Shown piece after piece: positions 61,962-64,000 of a stretch of DNA of 64,000 bases. This DNA comes from Candidatus Doudnabacteria bacterium (lineage in GTDB: Bacteria > Patescibacteriota > Doudnabacteria > UBA920): assembly GCA_003151625.1 (NCBI GenBank), contig PLYC01000013.1, forward strand, positions 93,210 through 157,209, in the 5' to 3' direction. Below the pieces are notes generated by a model, which was not told the DNA's origin, did no database searches, and was given only the letters and a program-made list of their open reading frames with translations. Positions within the stretch are counted from its first letter, which is position 1. Each line of letters begins with the position of its first letter. A program made the translations under genes and the position numbers.

Positions 61962-63023
61962 ATGAAACTAAAATACTGGGCAATTATAATATTAGCAACC
62001 GCCGCAGTTTGCGCCGGAGTCTTTTATTACCTTAACCAACCCGCGCCGGACTTGGGTCCGGTTGTGGTTCATCACGCGTTAAAATCGGAATCTCCTCCCA
62101 CTCCCCAACCTTCCGCTTCTTCATCGTCGGCAGACATTAGCGCGATATCGTTCCCGAGCGCAGTTGAGGGGTGGAAGACATATACCAATAGTCAGTATGG
62201 GTTTTTTGTCTCTTATCCTGACAATTTGGAAGTAACGGAAGGCAAGAAGGATAATTCCGTGTCATTTTCCGATCCAAAATATAATGATCTGCCATCTATT
62301 TTGACTATCTCTGTTGAACAATCTACTAAACAATATTTGGGAACTCAGCAGCAAATGCTTTTAGCGCTTGCAAAGGATCAATTAGGGGGAAATTTTTCTT
62401 CACTTAGGCGTTATCAAGGTAATGAGATAATAGTTGACTCGCTAGACATTTATGGCGTGCACTCATACATTTACGATTCGAGCTTAAATTTGTTCGCTTC
62501 GATTATTGGACGTGATTCTGCGGATGATAATAATGATTTGTATAATAAGATTTTATCAACTTTTCAATTTACCCAACCCCAAGCCGGCGCCAGCGTGACA
62601 ACGTCCCCGAGCGCAGTCGTGGGGTGGAAGACATATGTGAGTAGTGACTATGGGGTTGAGTTTGATTACCCGGCGGATTGGACTATAGGGATTGATTCGT
62701 ATGATCAGTCTATCTCTATTAATGAGCCGGGAGATGATTTGGGTGATGGCAGTATCGGTATCTCAAAAAATTTGTATACTAAAGAAGCCGTTCTTGCTCA
62801 AATAAATCAGGATCCAGAAGTCCAAATTATTGGTCAGACTACAGAGGTATATAACAATTTAAACTGGTCTAAAGTAACAACTAAAGAAAAAGCATCGGGA
62901 CATATTGGTATAGATTATTTTAATAAAAAAAATAACGATACAGTAACTATTGCTTATTTCTATTACCCTACACAAGAAATGGTAGTGAAAAAAGTCTTAA
63001 ACTCTTTTAAATTTACAAAATAA
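61962..63023 (+). CDS. secreted/membrane-anchored protein with repeated GW(K/Q)TYxNSxYG..YP.DW modules
   Basis: Signal-anchor MKLKYWAIIILATAAVCAGVFYYL. Two internal repeats. Confidence 0.5.
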   Translation: MKLKYWAIIILATAAVCAGVFYYLNQPAPDLGPVVVHHALKSESPPTPQPSASSSSADISAISFPSAVEGWKTYTNSQYGFFVSYPDNLEVTEGKKDNSVSFSDPKYNDLPSILTISVEQSTKQYLGTQQQMLLALAKDQLGGNFSSLRRYQGNEIIVDSLDIYGVHSYIYDSSLNLFASIIGRDSADDNNDLYNKILSTFQFTQPQAGASVTTSPSAVVGWKTYVSSDYGVEFDYPADWTIGIDSYDQSISINEPGDDLGDGSIGISKNLYTKEAVLAQINQDPEVQIIGQTTEVYNNLNWSKVTTKEKASGHIGIDYFNKKNNDTVTIAYFYYPTQEMVVKKVLNSFKFTK

Positions 63024-63029
63024 CATTTC

Positions 63030-64000
63030 ATGAAACCAAAATACCGGGCAATTATAATATTAGCAACCGCCGCGATTTGTGCTGGTGTTGTTTATTATCT
63101 AGATCAACCCATTTCTGATTTGGGACCGATTACGATTCATCATGTGGTAAAAACCGCAGTAACTCCCTCATTTGGCACTTCTTCATCGTCAATAGATATC
63201 AGCGGCTGGCAGACTTATACTAATAGCCAGTATGGGTTTGAATTAAAATATCCCGTCGATTGGCAGGATGTAAATGGCACCGGACAGGGTGAGATACTGG
63301 ATATTGTTTACCAAAGAAATAAAGCTACACACGCGGAAGGTGTTGGGTATTCTTATCCCGGAGAGATTTTTTTGAGAGGAATTACAAAAAAATCAATTCT
63401 CGTTCCTTACGGTTCAACTCCGCCAGCAAACTTTTTGGATTTTGCGAAAGAGTACGATGTCTCGGGTTTAGATAACCAGGGAAACGTAGTGCCGCTTATG
63501 GCAATTGACGGTCACCAGGCAGTGCAGATTAATGCACCTGACAATCTCACTGGCCCTGATAAAGGATTAGTGCCAAATATTACACTATTGATTGATTATT
63601 CATCCGATTCTGTCATTTGGGTTGAAGTTAATTATTTTTACGAAAATAAGGATTATGTTTCAAAAACTTTTAATCAAATCCTTTCAACTTTTAAATTTAT
63701 TGCTCCGGTCACACCCCCTACAGCTCAAACCGACACGAGTGGGTGGAAGACATATACCAATAGCCATGACGGTTATCAGATACAGTATCCTTCAGATATA
63801 TCAACATCTTATTCAAATGGTGATTTAAGATTGCAAAACTACCCCTCCACAGAAGATAATTTTAAGAGCGGAGAGTTCTTTATGGATATTTTTGCGACAG
63901 ACATCGAAACTGGCTTCAAAAGCCATATCGATAATGTCCAAACTTACCAATTTGGTAACGCGACCGGTTATGGCGGCGGTCGAGCAGATGCGGACATAAG
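63030..64000 (+). CDS. paralog of the preceding secreted repeat protein (partial, runs off window)
   Basis: MKPKYRAIIILATAAICAGVVYYLDQP... with GWQTYTNSQYGF and GWKTYTNSHDGY modules. Confidence 0.5.
   Translation, partial: MKPKYRAIIILATAAICAGVVYYLDQPISDLGPITIHHVVKTAVTPSFGTSSSSIDISGWQTYTNSQYGFELKYPVDWQDVNGTGQGEILDIVYQRNKATHAEGVGYSYPGEIFLRGITKKSILVPYGSTPPANFLDFAKEYDVSGLDNQGNVVPLMAIDGHQAVQINAPDNLTGPDKGLVPNITLLIDYSSDSVIWVEVNYFYENKDYVSKTFNQILSTFKFIAPVTPPTAQTDTSGWKTYTNSHDGYQIQYPSDISTSYSNGDLRLQNYPSTEDNFKSGEFFMDIFATDIETGFKSHIDNVQTYQFGNATGYGGGRADADI

Noticed and set aside
1-64000. CRISPR array, rRNA, tmRNA, RNase P
   Set aside because: No regularly spaced short direct repeats with unique spacers were seen. 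No long highly conserved rRNA-like stretches. The only tRNA-like T-arm/acceptor motifs are the tRNA-Thr pieces described.

Overview
This 64-kb window looks like a low-GC bacterial genome, with small housekeeping proteins and weak or absent Shine-Dalgarno sequences. That suggests a Patescibacteria/CPR-like lineage, but this is an inference.

The window has two parts.

(A) Coordinates ~1647-26237 form a ~24.5-kb integrated genomic island. It is bounded by perfect 42-bp direct repeats that correspond to the 3' part (anticodon loop to CCA) of a minus-strand tRNA-Thr(GGU) gene at ~26.2-26.6 kb. The tRNA itself is interrupted by a ~186-nt intervening sequence, and its 5' half is present in two tandem copies.

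The island carries:
- two tyrosine recombinases, one at each end, plus a ParB-like protein;
- a large serine recombinase whose ORF reads through the left repeat, with a divergent XRE-type regulator at the window edge, pointing to a second abutting element;
- accessory genes including a RadC/JAB protein, zinc-ribbon proteins, a NERD protein and an S66/MccF-like LD-carboxypeptidase;
- a two-gene ABC-type (AAA_21) ATPase + DUF4276 module;
- a tightly packed eight-gene minus-strand operon at 12215-25115. It encodes a SNF2 helicase, a ~1080-aa N6-adenine methyltransferase (NPPY motif, possible N-terminal PD-ExK-like segment), a PHP-domain + SMC-like ATPase fusion (Ppl-like), a Cas4-like 4-Cys PD-(D/E)xK nuclease, and four unassigned proteins. 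I could not place this gene combination in any named restriction, BREX or DISARM class. It is the best candidate here for an undescribed defence system.

(B) Coordinates 26.7-64 kb are core chromosome. They carry tsf, rpsB, rpmE, prfA, prmC, rplY (Ctc form), FtsW/RodA, dnaE, thrS, map, two tandem adk paralogs, a CPA2 antiporter, cysS, dnaB, recR, rplU, and a cell-envelope glycosylation cluster (MraY/WecA-like, a YfhO-like membrane protein, GT2, an ArnT/GT39-like transferase).

Within the core region there are several smaller signals:
- A family of TIR-flanked miniature elements. Two are ~95-bp empty copies; one 436-bp copy carries a GIY-YIG nuclease just upstream of thrS.
- A family of 36-44-bp GGCC-centred palindromes with compensatory base changes.
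- A 93-bp dyad array of CGCGAA hexamers abutting the dnaE start.
- An in-frame GC-rich palindromic insertion inside prmC.
- Partial duplications of gene ends (prmC 5', rplU 3', the Cas4-like N-terminus).
- A 7-bp tandem repeat inside the WecA/MraY-like gene.
- A GC-rich, compositionally foreign ~0.7-kb segment after dnaE.

I saw no CRISPR array and no rRNA. All domain and family calls were made by eye from motifs in the translations, so they are hypotheses until checked by a database search.
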